Shown piece by piece: positions 52,679-64,000 of a stretch of DNA of 64,000 nucleotides. Under the pieces are notes generated by a model. It ran no database searches. It was not told where the DNA came from and was given only the letters and a program-made list of their open reading frames with translations. This DNA comes from Camelus ferus (Eukaryota): assembly GCF_009834535.1 (NCBI RefSeq), contig NC_045696.1, positions 15,316,001 to 15,380,000 on the forward strand, read 5' to 3'. Position numbers and translations under genes: made by a program. Each line of letters opens with the position of its first letter. The stretch's first letter is position 1.

Positions 52679-54892
52679 AAAACAGAAGAAATTTATACCC
52701 TGAAGGTCTAGATATGTAAGTGGTAGTGATTCACAAGAAGCAGAAAATTTCTTGGAGGTTTCTAGAGCTGTGTGAATCTTTCAGCCAACGTAACATATAC
52801 CCACATCTTTTTTAATATAAAAATAATGTTTTGTATTATTTAGTAGTAAAAAAAAGAAAGAAAACTCAGGTAGAATTAAAGAGAGCAAATACAACATGGT
52901 CAGCACAGAGTCCAGATTTTTTTTAATCCTTGGCAGACTAATGTACTCCCCAAAGCATACATGTATCTGGGTTTTAGAAGAATGACAATCTATTTCCTAT
53001 ATTATTAATTTGATCAAGCCAGAGTGTGTCTGTTGGGTAGGAGTAATTTTAAGGAGTCTGGGCAACAATAAATATGATGCCAGATTTCAAAATAGACATT
53101 GGTAAATCTAGACATAGCTAACATGCCATGAATTTTTATTACATTCTACTATTTCATTTATAAATGGAGTTACTTGGCACTTTTTTCTCATGATATAAGC
53201 GGTAAGATACAAGTTAGGAAAGAATAAAAGTGTCTAGCCCCAAGCAAAATCCTTAATGCCCATCTTTACCGCTCTGTACTTCTGTACCCAAACCTTCAGG
53301 GCCTAAACCTATCATTTTACTTTTTCTTTTCAGATTTACAAGGCCCATAGGCTGCAAGGAGGCACCAAAGTTGTTCTTCTCCAAGTTTGCATGGTTAGAA
53401 ACAACCTTTTCTCTCTCTTTCCTTCATTAAAACTTCCTATCTTATTTCTGTGCATTTCAAACAGATATTAAGAAAAGGAATCTGATCAAATAAATTCAAG
53501 GTATGTATAGCTAAATATACCATATACACATATATATATATATATATATACATATATATATAGCATATAAATATATATAGAGAGAGAGAGTCTGGTTAAC
53601 TTTCTCAGGACTAGGTATAATTTGAAAGGAGGGCTAATCGCTAGCTTGAATGAATTTGTAATTAGCAGAGAATCTGGAACTTTAAATACAGTAGTAAAGG
53701 GAGAAGGCTGTGAATTATACTTGGTTGGCCTCTTGTGCTCACTGTTCAGCTCTTTCGAGTTGTCATCGCCTGTAGCTTTTGAGGTTGTCTCCCCTGACAC
53801 TAGCTTTCACACCAGGGTAAGGGGAAAGCCAAATACAAGGACTACCTCCATTGCAGAATTTTTTCTTTCTAAGGGCTCCACGTTTCCCTGTGTGATTTGT
53901 GCCTGCACTTCTCCAATGCTTGTGAATCATGGTTACCTGCTTCATTACCCTGAAGACGTTTCTTGTAAGATTATGTTTTCCAATTGTTCAAGCTGGTGCT
54001 GCTCATGGCCTCGGGGATGGAAAAGTCTGTGTCTTCTGAGGGAAGAGCATTCTGAGCAGGTTGTCTTTACGTAGTAGCCTGGCTTTGCCTCCATCTTGTC
54101 TGACAAGAGTTGTCATGGTATTGTGCGTGGTTTAACTATTGTAGTTTTTCAACGGCTTACAAGGAATGATAACAATTAATTCTGTTTGTAGATGGGGGCA
54201 GCTGGAAAGTTTCCCTTAATATGACGGAAATTTTCTCTAAAGAGAGGTTATTAGTGAAAATGGCTGATTTGAGTCTACATGGATTCCTTGAGGCGTTAAG
54301 TCATTTCACCTGCTAACTGGCCAATATAGATGTAAATAATTCAAAGCAGGCAGTTCACAAAATATCAATGGCCAGAAACTTGATGCCTACAAGAGGGTGT
54401 TGACCTATCTTCACAATGTTCCCACCCTTTGGGTTCCCTGGAGAAATTAAGAAGAATTATTGGCTAATACTGATCTGTGTTGTAAAGAGCAAGTTTTGTA
54501 GGTTATTCTGCCAAGAATCTGTTGTTTTAAGCAATTTGCAAAGAAGGCCAGATTGATATGCATTCTCCCTACTTAAGCATTTCTGGTTCAAATTATTCCT
54601 TGCAACAATAAGTTCTGGCAGAATGGTGCGTTTACACTATACTGGTATTTAGATGGTAAAAGCGGGAGGCTGCTCCCAGTTCCAAGCTATACTGAGGACT
54701 AATTGGGTGCAGTGGAATAGATCTTTTTGAAGATAAGGCCAATGACTTCCTCTTTAAAATTCTTTTCATCAGCAAGAATGTTTTCTTTTAAATATAATCC
54801 ATCACTATTCTTTTGTGTGTGTGTGTGTGTGTTTCCATTTCTCAGAACCTTACAAAGGACATTTTGAAGGTTACATTTAAAATTGACATTTT

Positions 54893-55980
54893 TTGCACAG
54901 CAAAGGAAACCATAAGTAAAACAAAATGACAACCTACGGAATGGGAGAAAATTTCTGCAAATGAAACCGGCAAAAGCTTGATCTCCAGAATATATAAGCA
55001 GCTCATACGACTTAATAAGAAAAACACAAAAACAACCCAAACCAAAAATGGGCAGAAGACCTAAATAAGCCATTCTCCAAGGCAGAAATACAAATGATCA
55101 ATAGGCACATGAAAAAATGCTCAATATCACTAATTATCAGAGAAATGCAAACCAAAACTACAATGAGGTATAACCTCACACCAGTGAGAATGGCCATCAT
55201 TCAAAAGTCCACAAATGACAAATGCTCGAGAGGCTGTGGAGAAAAGGGAACCCTCCTACACTGCTGGTGGGAATGCATTTTGGTACAGGCACTGTGGAAA
55301 ACAGTATGGATATTCCTCAAAAGACTAGGAATAGACTTACCATATGACCCAGGAATCCTGCTCTTGGGCACACATCCAAAAGGAACCCTACTTCAAAATG
55401 ACACCTGCACCCCAATGTTCATAGCAGCACTATTTAAAATAGCCAAAACATGGAAACAGTCTAAATGTCCATCAGCAGATGACTGGATAAAGAAAAGGTG
55501 GTATATTTATATAATGGAATACTATTCAGCCATAAAAACTGACAACATAATGCCATTTGCAGCAACATGGATGTTCCTGGAGAATGTCATTCAAAGTGAA
55601 GTAAGCCAGAAAGAGAAAGAAAAATACCATATGAGATCACTCATATGTGGAATCAAAAAACAAACAAACAAACAAACAAAACATAAATACAAAACAGAAA
55701 TAGACTCATAGACATAGAATACAAACTTGTGATTGCCAAGGGGGCAGGGGGTGGGAAGGGATAGACTAGGATTTCAAAATGTAGAATAGATAAACAAGGA
55801 TTATACTGTATAGCACAGGGAAATATATACGAGATCTTATGGTAGCTCACAAAGAAAACAATGTGACAATGAATTATATATATGTTCATGTATAACTGAA
55901 AAATTATGCTCTACACTGAAACTTGACACAACATTGTAAAAGATTATAAATCAATAAAAAATGTTAAAAAATAAAAAAAT
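54893..55980 (+). mobile_element. Relatively young 5'-truncated L1
   Basis: ORF 55094-55711 is the ORF2p C-terminus with the Cys-rich motif ([19 protein letters not shown]); TSD aaaattgacatttt 54879-54892 / aaaattggcatttt 55981-55994. Confidence 0.96.
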
Positions 55981-56127
55981 AAAATTGGCATTTTCTTACA
56001 CACATAAAATTATATAGTTTTATTTGTAATTTTACATACCAATGTACAGAAAGATTTTACCCTACAACTTGGGGGAAAATCTTATTTCTGACTCTATAAA
56101 AGGGAGGACCATTTTAAAACTCTTTTA

Positions 56128-56410
56128 AAATTTTTTGATTCATCTTTTTTTGGGGGGAGGTAATTAGGTTATTCATTTTTTTATTATTTAATTATTTTAT
56201 TTTGGCCAGCGGGGAGGTAATTAGGTTTATTTAATTTTAGAGGAGGTACTGGGGATATGAACCCAGGACCTCATGCACCCTAAGCATGTGCTCTACCACT
56301 TGAGCTATACCCTCCCCTCATTCATTGTTTTTAATGGAGGTGCTGGGGATTGAACTCAGGACCTCAGGCATGCGAGGCATGTACTCTACCACTGAGCTAT
56401 ACCCCACCCC
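56128..56410 (-). mobile_element. Vic-1-type SINE (outer, interrupted)
   Basis: Perfect TSD ttaaaactctttta 56114-56127 / 56411-56424; head at ~56335-56410, tail at 56128-56180. Confidence 0.92.
56183..56319 (-). mobile_element. Vic-1-type SINE (inner, nested)
   Basis: Complete second copy; TSD attcattttttt 56171-56182 / attcattgtttt 56320-56331. Confidence 0.9.
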
Positions 56411-57483
56411 TTAAAACTCTTTTATTATTCATGTTTCTCTGTAAGAGAAGTTTAGTGACCTACTCACATTCTTGTACCATTGTAGGAATCCTATTTCAAA
56501 GAAGTTCAGATCTTACACAATTTACAATTACTAGAAATAAAACAATTAGACTTTATTTTAAGGCTTGATGATGTGATAACATCATTTTCTGAGATTAAAC
56601 CACTTATGCAGAACAACCAAAAAGAATCATGTTTTTTTAACCTTTCTTTTGGAAACTGAATTTACAAAAACCCTAAGATGGCCCAGTAACTACCCTCTCT
56701 GTGTAGAAGATTTAGTCTCTTTAATCTTGGCCTCCTCTTCACAGGGAATTCGGATAAAGTGAACTACAAGCAATACTGGAGCTCTGATCGGTCCATCTGA
56801 ACTTCTTATTGTAGCTCATTTATTTATACTTGAAATAAAGGTGTTTGAATTAGTCATGTAAGGAATGTATTTTTTTCTTTTAGTGCTTTCTATGAAATCA
56901 ACTTGACTGAAATTTTGCATTTCAACAGAGCCTATAGTAAAAGTAAAATTTTAAATTTGCTAATCTTTGATTTTCTACCAATTTTAGATTTATGCATTAT
57001 AATCATAACCTAACGATGCCATAGAAGTGATGCAGGGATGTGATGAAGGTTGAAATATAGGCTGAATTTATCACCCATCTTACCAAAAGCCAAAATAATT
57101 TCAGTAATGATCATTAACAACTAATGAAAATATGTTTAGTATTAATCTAATTTCTATCAGGTTTTATGATCAATATTATATATACATTTGTATTTGCTCT
57201 CCAAATAATAAAGGAAAAATAAAGTGCAATGTTAGCTTTTTCTTATTTAGACTGATAGAGAAAGAGTATCAGAGAAGTCATAACAATTTTTCTAAGGTTT
57301 TAAAGTCAGTAAGTAGGAAAGGAGTATTCTGGCCATATTCTTTATCACCATAGTGTCAGATTTTATATTCATAAAAATAGTGTTCCTTATTCTCTCAATT
57401 AATAGAAAGTCATCAGTGAATTCCAGAAACAAAGAATATATATTACTCATCTAAATGTATATATATTTGTGTGTATATATATC

Positions 57484-57549
57484 AATAATATATTATTATA
57501 CTGTTAATTTAATATATTAAATTAATTATGATTAATATATATTAATCAT
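57484..57549. repeat. Three adjacent perfect AT-rich palindromes
   Basis: 57484-57497 (14 bp), 57504-57525 (22 bp), 57528-57549 (22 bp). Confidence 0.9.
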
Positions 57550-57559
57550 TAAAGTAAAA

Positions 57560-59700
57560 GAAGTGATTTTGAAAGGAGAGAGAGAACAGGTCCTAAGGAG
57601 AAAAACAAGGCAGGGAATTGGGTTAAGGAGAGTCCAGCTTGGAATGGGGACTTGTATTTTGAGAAGAGTGGACCAGAGCAGCCTCATAGAAAAGGTGTCC
57701 TTGTGAATAAAGTCTCATGGCACTGGGGGTAGAGGAAGAAGAGATCTGAGGGACAGGAACTTCCAATGCAAAATCCCTAAATGAGCAAGATCCCTGGAGC
57801 GTTTGAGGAGCAGCAAGAAAGCCAATGTGGATGATGAGTAAGAAACAAGAACTGGAGAGTGGAAGACAAAATCAGAAAGGGAAGGAGGGGCAGGCATTTA
57901 CTGATAAGCTTTTGTAAGTTATTATTCAATTCTTGGCTTTTATTTGGAATGAAATGGGAAGCCATTGGGAAGATTTGAAAAGTGGAATTATATGATGTAA
58001 TTTATATCTTAACACATCACTTAACAGCTGTACTGCAAATAAGCTAGGAGATGCAGGTTGGAGCAAAATAGAGCAGTAATTCAGCTTAAAAAAAAGATAT
58101 TGTCCAGTTGAGAAATGTCAATGTCTTAGATCAGGGTAGAAGCAGAGAAGACGGAAAGGTTGTTCTGAAGATGAGCTGATGCTACTTGTAAGCAGATGGT
58201 ACCTGGGATGTGACAGAAAGGGTTCTGCAGGTGAGAAGGGATGGAGTCTAGTGCGCAGGTGGAGGGTTTGGAGCTAGATAGGTGCTCCCTTAGGGGTAAA
58301 AGTTTGTGGAAGTTCTCTTCTGATTGCTTCATTTCTCTAGGTGAACTAAAAGGTCACCAGCTCAGTGTGAAGGCGGGTTAAGAAGTTTTAGAAGTTTAAG
58401 GAGAGAGAAGACATGAGATTATCATCTGGGAGAGTGAAAGAGTAAATAAGCCAGGGGTCTATGGCGTGATAACTTGACAGAAATAAGGGGCGCTTTGAAA
58501 TTAGGAATCATGAATTTCATATGAGACCAGACAACACAATTTTGTATTTGATTCCAGCCACACTGAGATGCAATTGCAGGTGTGAGGTATTTGGAGAGCT
58601 GAATTTAACCAGGGTTGGGATTTTGCCAAAGTACTGATTATGGGAAAGAGGGACAAGGCAGTTGCAAAGTACATGCAAAGTAATGTTTTAGTTGACTGTG
58701 GAATTTAGGCTGAGTAAGAAGGGAAGTGAGAACATTCAATAGAGTAACCATATAATTTATTGTCCAAACTGAAGCACTATTAATTATTACGCTGAGTTTA
58801 ACAGGTCTAAACCAAAACTATTCTACACAAACCAGAGCACATTGTCACTCTAACGTGAGGGGACATGGGACAAAGAAAAGGCTTGAAGAAGAAAAGGATG
58901 AAGGGCTTGTGAGTCTACTTAGGGTCAAAGGTTTGTTGGAGTCAGGGTACTGGAAGGAGGGTGCTAGAAAGGTAGGACGCGAGGGCCAAAAGGTCATACA
59001 CTTAAAATTGATAGTATTGAAAGTTTGCCATTGCTGCTAACAATAAAATCATGACTATGTGAGTGGGTGGCCGAGGTAAGTGAAGGACAAGATAACTGGA
59101 AAGGAAGTCAGAAACAGAGAGGCTCATCTACACAGATGGTATTTACAAAAATTATGAGAGGAGTATTTTGGAGAGAGTGATAAATATACCTGGGGGCTAA
59201 TATCTTCAGGGAATAGAGTGGTTTGTCCTGGGATCAGTAGATACGTGCCAAGGAAGAGTAGATAGTGTTATAACTTGAAGATTTGAAATTTAAAGCTGGG
59301 GAATTTAGGGAGGAGAAAGTAAGAATTGTCTCAATGAAGCAAAAGAAGACAAGAGAACACCTACTTCATCTCTGGGCCTCTGATACCAAGTTTGTTGGAG
59401 CCGTACAGCTGTCACATGACACCACAAGAGGAGGAATTATGTAAAAGTTATGTAATTGGCAAGGAGCCAGGTTTCAGGGCAGGAAGATAAAGAAAACTTT
59501 CACAAGAAGGTTGAGGATATAAGACATTTGGCTGTGTCATCAAAACCATGGGAAGGATAAAAATAATGCTGAAGGGGAGAAACAGAAGTGGGCAGTGGGA
59601 GACAGGGTCCAGCAGAGGAACAAAATAGTGGTGTGCACTCTCTAGGGATGATCAGAAACAGGAGGATGAGATGGCTGATGCCTCAGCGATAAAGGTCATG
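57560..59700 (-). mobile_element. Long L2 relic
   Basis: tttgaggagcagcaagaaagccaatgtgg...gaaatgggaagccattgggaagattt...ttctgattgcttcatttctc; purine-rich antisense ORF2. Confidence 0.8.
58740..58852. mobile_element. MER94-like hAT-Blackjack MITE nested in L2
   Basis: TIRs tagagtaac / gtcactcta; accatataatttattgtccaaact. Confidence 0.8.
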
Positions 59701-60873
59701 ATGAAGCTGAGCCTTTTATTCCTAAAGCAGATAATTGTCAGTTCTTAACTGTTGGGTGGAGGGGGGCGTGTTTCAGGAAAACGAAGCACACTGACTAGTG
59801 ACTTGGGGATGGCACAGGGCAGTCCTCTTCAGAAGGCCTGAAGGCCCTCTGTTCTTACAAACATATGGCCCCAACACCACCCGAGTATGTGAACTGGTCT
59901 ATGATTTCAAAAAGCCATTTCAACTTTGTGTACTTTTTTTTTTTTTTGCAATTTTGACCAATTAATATATTAGGCTCAAGTGTATTCATGTTAACAGATT
60001 GAGAAATGAAGTCCTTTCAGGTGACATTTTTATGTAAAATTCAATTTTATTCAACTTAAAGTTTAAAGCCAAATTTTTCTGCAAAAACACATCTCTGAAT
60101 TTATAGTAGTGTCCCTTGGTAAAAATTACATAGAAAAACATTATACGTTGCCATATAGGTAGAAGCATATACTTTGCAGTAACAGTCTATTTTGTTTTAT
60201 TTTGTATTGTATTTTAAGGAGCCTTTAAAGCCCTTATTTTTTTTTTTAATGTTAGAAAATAATGAGAAAGTTTTTACTTTGGCCAATAGTTACCTATTTA
60301 AATACTTTAGTAGAGGTAATACTATTGGAAAACATTTTAATTAATATATATGAATAATTATTAATTAGCATATACCACTGCATAATAAATTAAATTTCTT
60401 AATTAAAAACTCTACCAGCACTTAATAGCTTGTTACTTATTTTAGCATATTGAAAGCTATTTAGACTGAAACCCTAACTCAACAAGAACACAAATATTTG
60501 GATGACTAATAACAGCAAAGGAAAAATTCAGTTTGGGTACCTCTGGTTTTTTTTATTTAGACAAACAGAATGACAAAAATAAATGTCAGTCTGTGTAAAT
60601 GTATGGTTACTAACTCATTTATAGTTACCCTTCAAAATAACTGATTTTTTATCTCTCAAGAGGGACAAAAAACAACACGTTCCAAGTTATATAACTCACA
60701 AAACAAAATAAAGTTCACATATTTCCATACAAGGAGAACAAATGAATCCATACACTTGGCTGGGCAGTGTCTTCTCTGGTCAACGGCTGACAGCCAGTGA
60801 TTCTCTGTTCCTATGGTTTTCCCTTTGATGTTGTTTACTCTTGGCCCTCCATGTACCATGTTTTTTCTACCTT

Positions 60874-60923
60874 TACTGCTTTCATAGATCTTGCCAATAC
60901 TGCTTTCATAGATCTTGCCAATA
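60874..60923. repeat. Perfect 24-bp tandem duplication
   Basis: tactgctttcatagatcttgccaa x2 plus ta. Confidence 0.97.
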
Positions 60924-62108
60924 ACTTAAGGATTGTTCTGCCAGCACGCAGTTACAAAATTAAGGTGGTAGTGTAATATCTGTCTCAATAAAAATGAATA
61001 TGAATATAAATTGGTCACAAATAAAGGCATTCCTCCTGCACTGTGAAGTACAAACTACCTACCCTAACTAGGTAAGTGGAGGCTTATTCCAAAGTGTTCC
61101 TAAATGAGTATGTGCTTTTTAAAGTATGTGTTTTATTACCCTTTGAAGAGTAGAAGGATCTTAGACACTGTCTTAGTAGGAATGCCAACAGGAATTGCTT
61201 GTGGCTAAGGCACTCCTTCCCACACAAGCCCCAAAGGGCAGCTGTCTTCATAACAGGTTAACACATCCCTAAAAATGTTACCTTTCCCTGAATGGCCAAC
61301 ATGAAGTTTAAAAAGAGTCAGAGTAGGATGTGGGAAGGCAATGGTATCCAAAAAAAAAAAAAAAAAAAAAATTCATGTAAACAGCTTCGACTCTCCACCT
61401 AATTTCAAATGCTAGGCTTTGTCTACTGCTTCTTTCCTAATCTTCAACAGAGAAAATAAAAACTGACCATCAGTGGAGTTCTTTCAGTAAGTTATTAAAA
61501 AAACTCCCCTCCTCTAGTACTTCAGATTTGACAAGTGCATTATTGTTTTATGCACTATTTTATAGATACAGCATCAAAGATCTATCTATTTCAGAGGAAG
61601 TAGATTTTGTTGTAGAAATTCATTATGGAAGCTATTTTAAAATGAGTTCACCCTTCATCCTTGGCTTGTGTGTTGGGAAGGTGTTTCTGCTGGACTAGAT
61701 CTCCTGAGGGGTCCTCAGGAGTAAGCTCCCCATCCTATTTTAGGATTACCTCCCTGTAGAAACACATGAAGTTAAGAGAATACATAGTCCCAACAGTTGG
61801 CATGGTCATTATCTTTGAGGCAAGATTCAGCAGCTAAACCTTTTACTATTTTTTAAGGTTCTCAGACCTCTAGTCTTAAGTTAGGTGTGAATGTTCCTAA
61901 ATCTCCACTGAATTTACTAAGATTCTTAATTTAAAATTATTGAAGTGGGTAAGCCGCTGGTGAAACAAGTCTTGTTACCCATAACTTAATCATGTGAAAC
62001 CTTTGAGTTAGGTTCTGGCAACTGGTACCTTTGAAATGGAAACTTCTCATGAACCCACCCAGGTTTCTTAGTTAGGTACACTATCCCTTCCATAATCTGC
62101 CCCTACAA

Positions 62109-62145
<37 letters not shown>

Positions 62146-62328
62146 CTCTCTCTCTTTTTCTCTCAGTAAATGTTCCAGCCACAGCTTACATTTCTCTAAT
62201 TGCATATGTCAAAAAAGAGTCTCTTTCATGAATTAGTTGAATCAGAGTATAAAGAGGAAATGTCTGAGCTGTTGACTTTGGCTCATGCATTTTTACCAGC
62301 CTTTAAAATTAAGGTCACTGTTACTGAT

Positions 62329-62750
62329 TGTATTGGTCTGTGAGAGCTGCTGTAACAAGTACCACAAACTAGGTAGCTTAAACACCAGAAATGTATTGCC
62401 TCAGAGCTCCAGAGTCTAGACGCCCAAAATCAAGATGCCGGCAGGGTTGGTTCCTTCCAAAGCTGTGAGGAACAGTATATTCCATGACTCTGCCTTGGTT
62501 TCTGGTGGTTGGTCAGTGCATCTCTCATCTTCACATGGAGTGCTTCCTGTATGCTTGACCATGTTCAAACTTCCCCTTTCTGGAAGACCATCAGTCATAC
62601 TGGATTAGGGATGCACCCTACTCCAATAAAACCTCATTTAAAATAATTACATCTGCATTAGTCCTATTTCTAAAAAAGCTGACATTCTGAAATACTGGGG
62701 TTAGGACTTCAGCATATAAATGTAGGGGGGACAAAATTCAATCCATAAAA
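62329..62750 (-). mobile_element. MLT1 (B/C-like) solo LTR
   Basis: tgtattggtctgtgagagctgctgtaacaagtaccacaaactaggtagcttaaac...acattctgaaatactggggttaggacttcagcata. Confidence 0.9.
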
Positions 62751-64000
62751 CTGAGCAATGTGTCCTTGGAGGTTAACAACTCCTTGATTCATTATTTGAT
62801 AGTGTTTCTATTCCCTCAAATCCAAGTTTCTTCCTTCCTGTTATTTATCTTTTTGAATACATAGAGCTCCAATGCATTTTCATTTTCTTCTTGAAATCAG
62901 AACTGTCATTCATTTTTTTTATTCAATAAGCATTATTTTTTAAGCAAATATTATCTTCTAGGCACAAGGGACAAAATGTAAAATAAATACTAAAAGTCTC
63001 CAGTCCTGATGGACTTAAAGTCAAATTAGATGGAAATGGTCAAAAGAAAATAGAAAAGTTTATAATTATGAAATTTTAGATATTAAAGGAATTAAACTAT
63101 GCTTCATCTAGGTACAGAACATTAGGAAGAAGCCAAAAACTTGTTTACTCTTTTTTTCATAAGTTTCCGAAACCCTAATTTTTATGTTTAATTATCAATT
63201 TAGGGGACAATCTGACATTCTAAAGAGATTAGTTCCTAGCAAGAGGAAACAGACTCCACTACACAAAATAGTATATTTTGAAGGCTCACCGAGCTTTTAT
63301 GGGCCAGTAGTCACAGACAGATTTTTCTTGCTTAGATTATATCCTTAAGACTTGGAGCAAATACTACTCAGTAATAAGAATGGAGAAGATTCACTCTAGA
63401 AATCATTTTTCATTTATGCTTTGTTCTTTGTCGCAAGCAATTTAAGCAAACCATTCTTCAAGAGTGACACTGGGATGAAATTCAAATGAACCACAGAGAG
63501 GATGGAAATCATGCAAATGAGGAGGAAGGGGAGGAGCCCATTAAGTACTAAAAATAGCAATAAGGATACAGAGAAGTTAGACAAGACTGGATTTTCTGGC
63601 TTCACGGTGACTGTGGCCCCATATGAACAGAAAGACCCAATTCTTAAAGCAAGAGTAAGTAGCTTAATATCATTGCTTACCATGTATGATTAAGAAACAC
63701 CTATATGAAAGATATGTGTCTTTTGAATTTTTTGCTGTTGTTTACAATAAAATACCTGACATCTTTTAACAAGTTAACTGCAAAAGAAATGTTTCATTCT
63801 TTAAGAAAGATCTGAGAGGGCCCAAATGTCTCACTTCAGTAGTACTGGTGGTTCTAATACAAGGGTTATCTTTCTAATTTTTAAGAGGGCCTGATGCAAT
63901 GAGGGGTATTCCAGGACACAGAGCTGAGAGTCTACAGCAACCTAGGCTCGGAGCAATTAAGAGATGTTTGTCCTCAATTTGAAAGGAAGACAAAGTCACT

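Noticed and set aside
53622..54074. 150-aa ORF as a CDS
   Set aside because: TTG start and no recognisable domain; kept only as part of a non-coding candidate.
55094..55711. 205-aa ORF as a host gene
   Set aside because: It is the C-terminus of L1 ORF2p in a 5'-truncated, TSD-flanked copy, with an upstream stop and frameshift.
60763..60780. miR-34a-like sequence (ggcagtgtctt..ctggt)
   Set aside because: Only a partial match; it runs through the loop of the local hairpin and lacks the miR-34 3p arm.
63546..63580. U6 snRNA-like fragment (tactaaaa...gatacagagaag.ttag)
   Set aside because: Short gapped similarity with no U6 5' or 3' sequence and no TSD.
63414..63777. Overlapping ORFs and splice-like sites near the window end
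   Set aside because: Candidate exons contain stops in all frames from their acceptors, and no homology is recognisable.
1..64000. Prokaryotic-style systems (operons, CRISPR arrays, defence islands)
   Set aside because: The DNA is mammalian, with no long ORFs and no regularly spaced repeat-spacer array.

Overview
This is AT-rich, repeat-dense mammalian genomic DNA, not prokaryotic. tRNA-derived Vic-1-type SINEs (8050, 44282, 56128) and the absence of recognisable Alu, B1, Bov-A or PRE1 SINEs point to a camelid (alpaca, llama or camel). I find no host protein-coding gene, rRNA, true tRNA gene or CRISPR array. The ORF-track entries are chance ORFs or pieces of L1 and mariner elements. Roughly half or more of the window is transposon-derived: several L1s with target-site duplications (TSDs), three HAL1-like elements, L2 and MIR relics, MaLR/ERVL/ERV1 LTRs, and hAT, Tigger and mariner DNA transposons, often nested. 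It reads as a long intron or gene desert. Family names come from remembered consensus sequences, not a search, and boundaries of old repeats are approximate. The best leads are a 27-nt microexon / recursive-splice-site / TATA-Inr signature in unique DNA at 27520-27701, and a TSD-bounded L1 with both ends intact but lacking EN/RT (49296-52678). I cannot support a new multi-gene biological system from this sequence.
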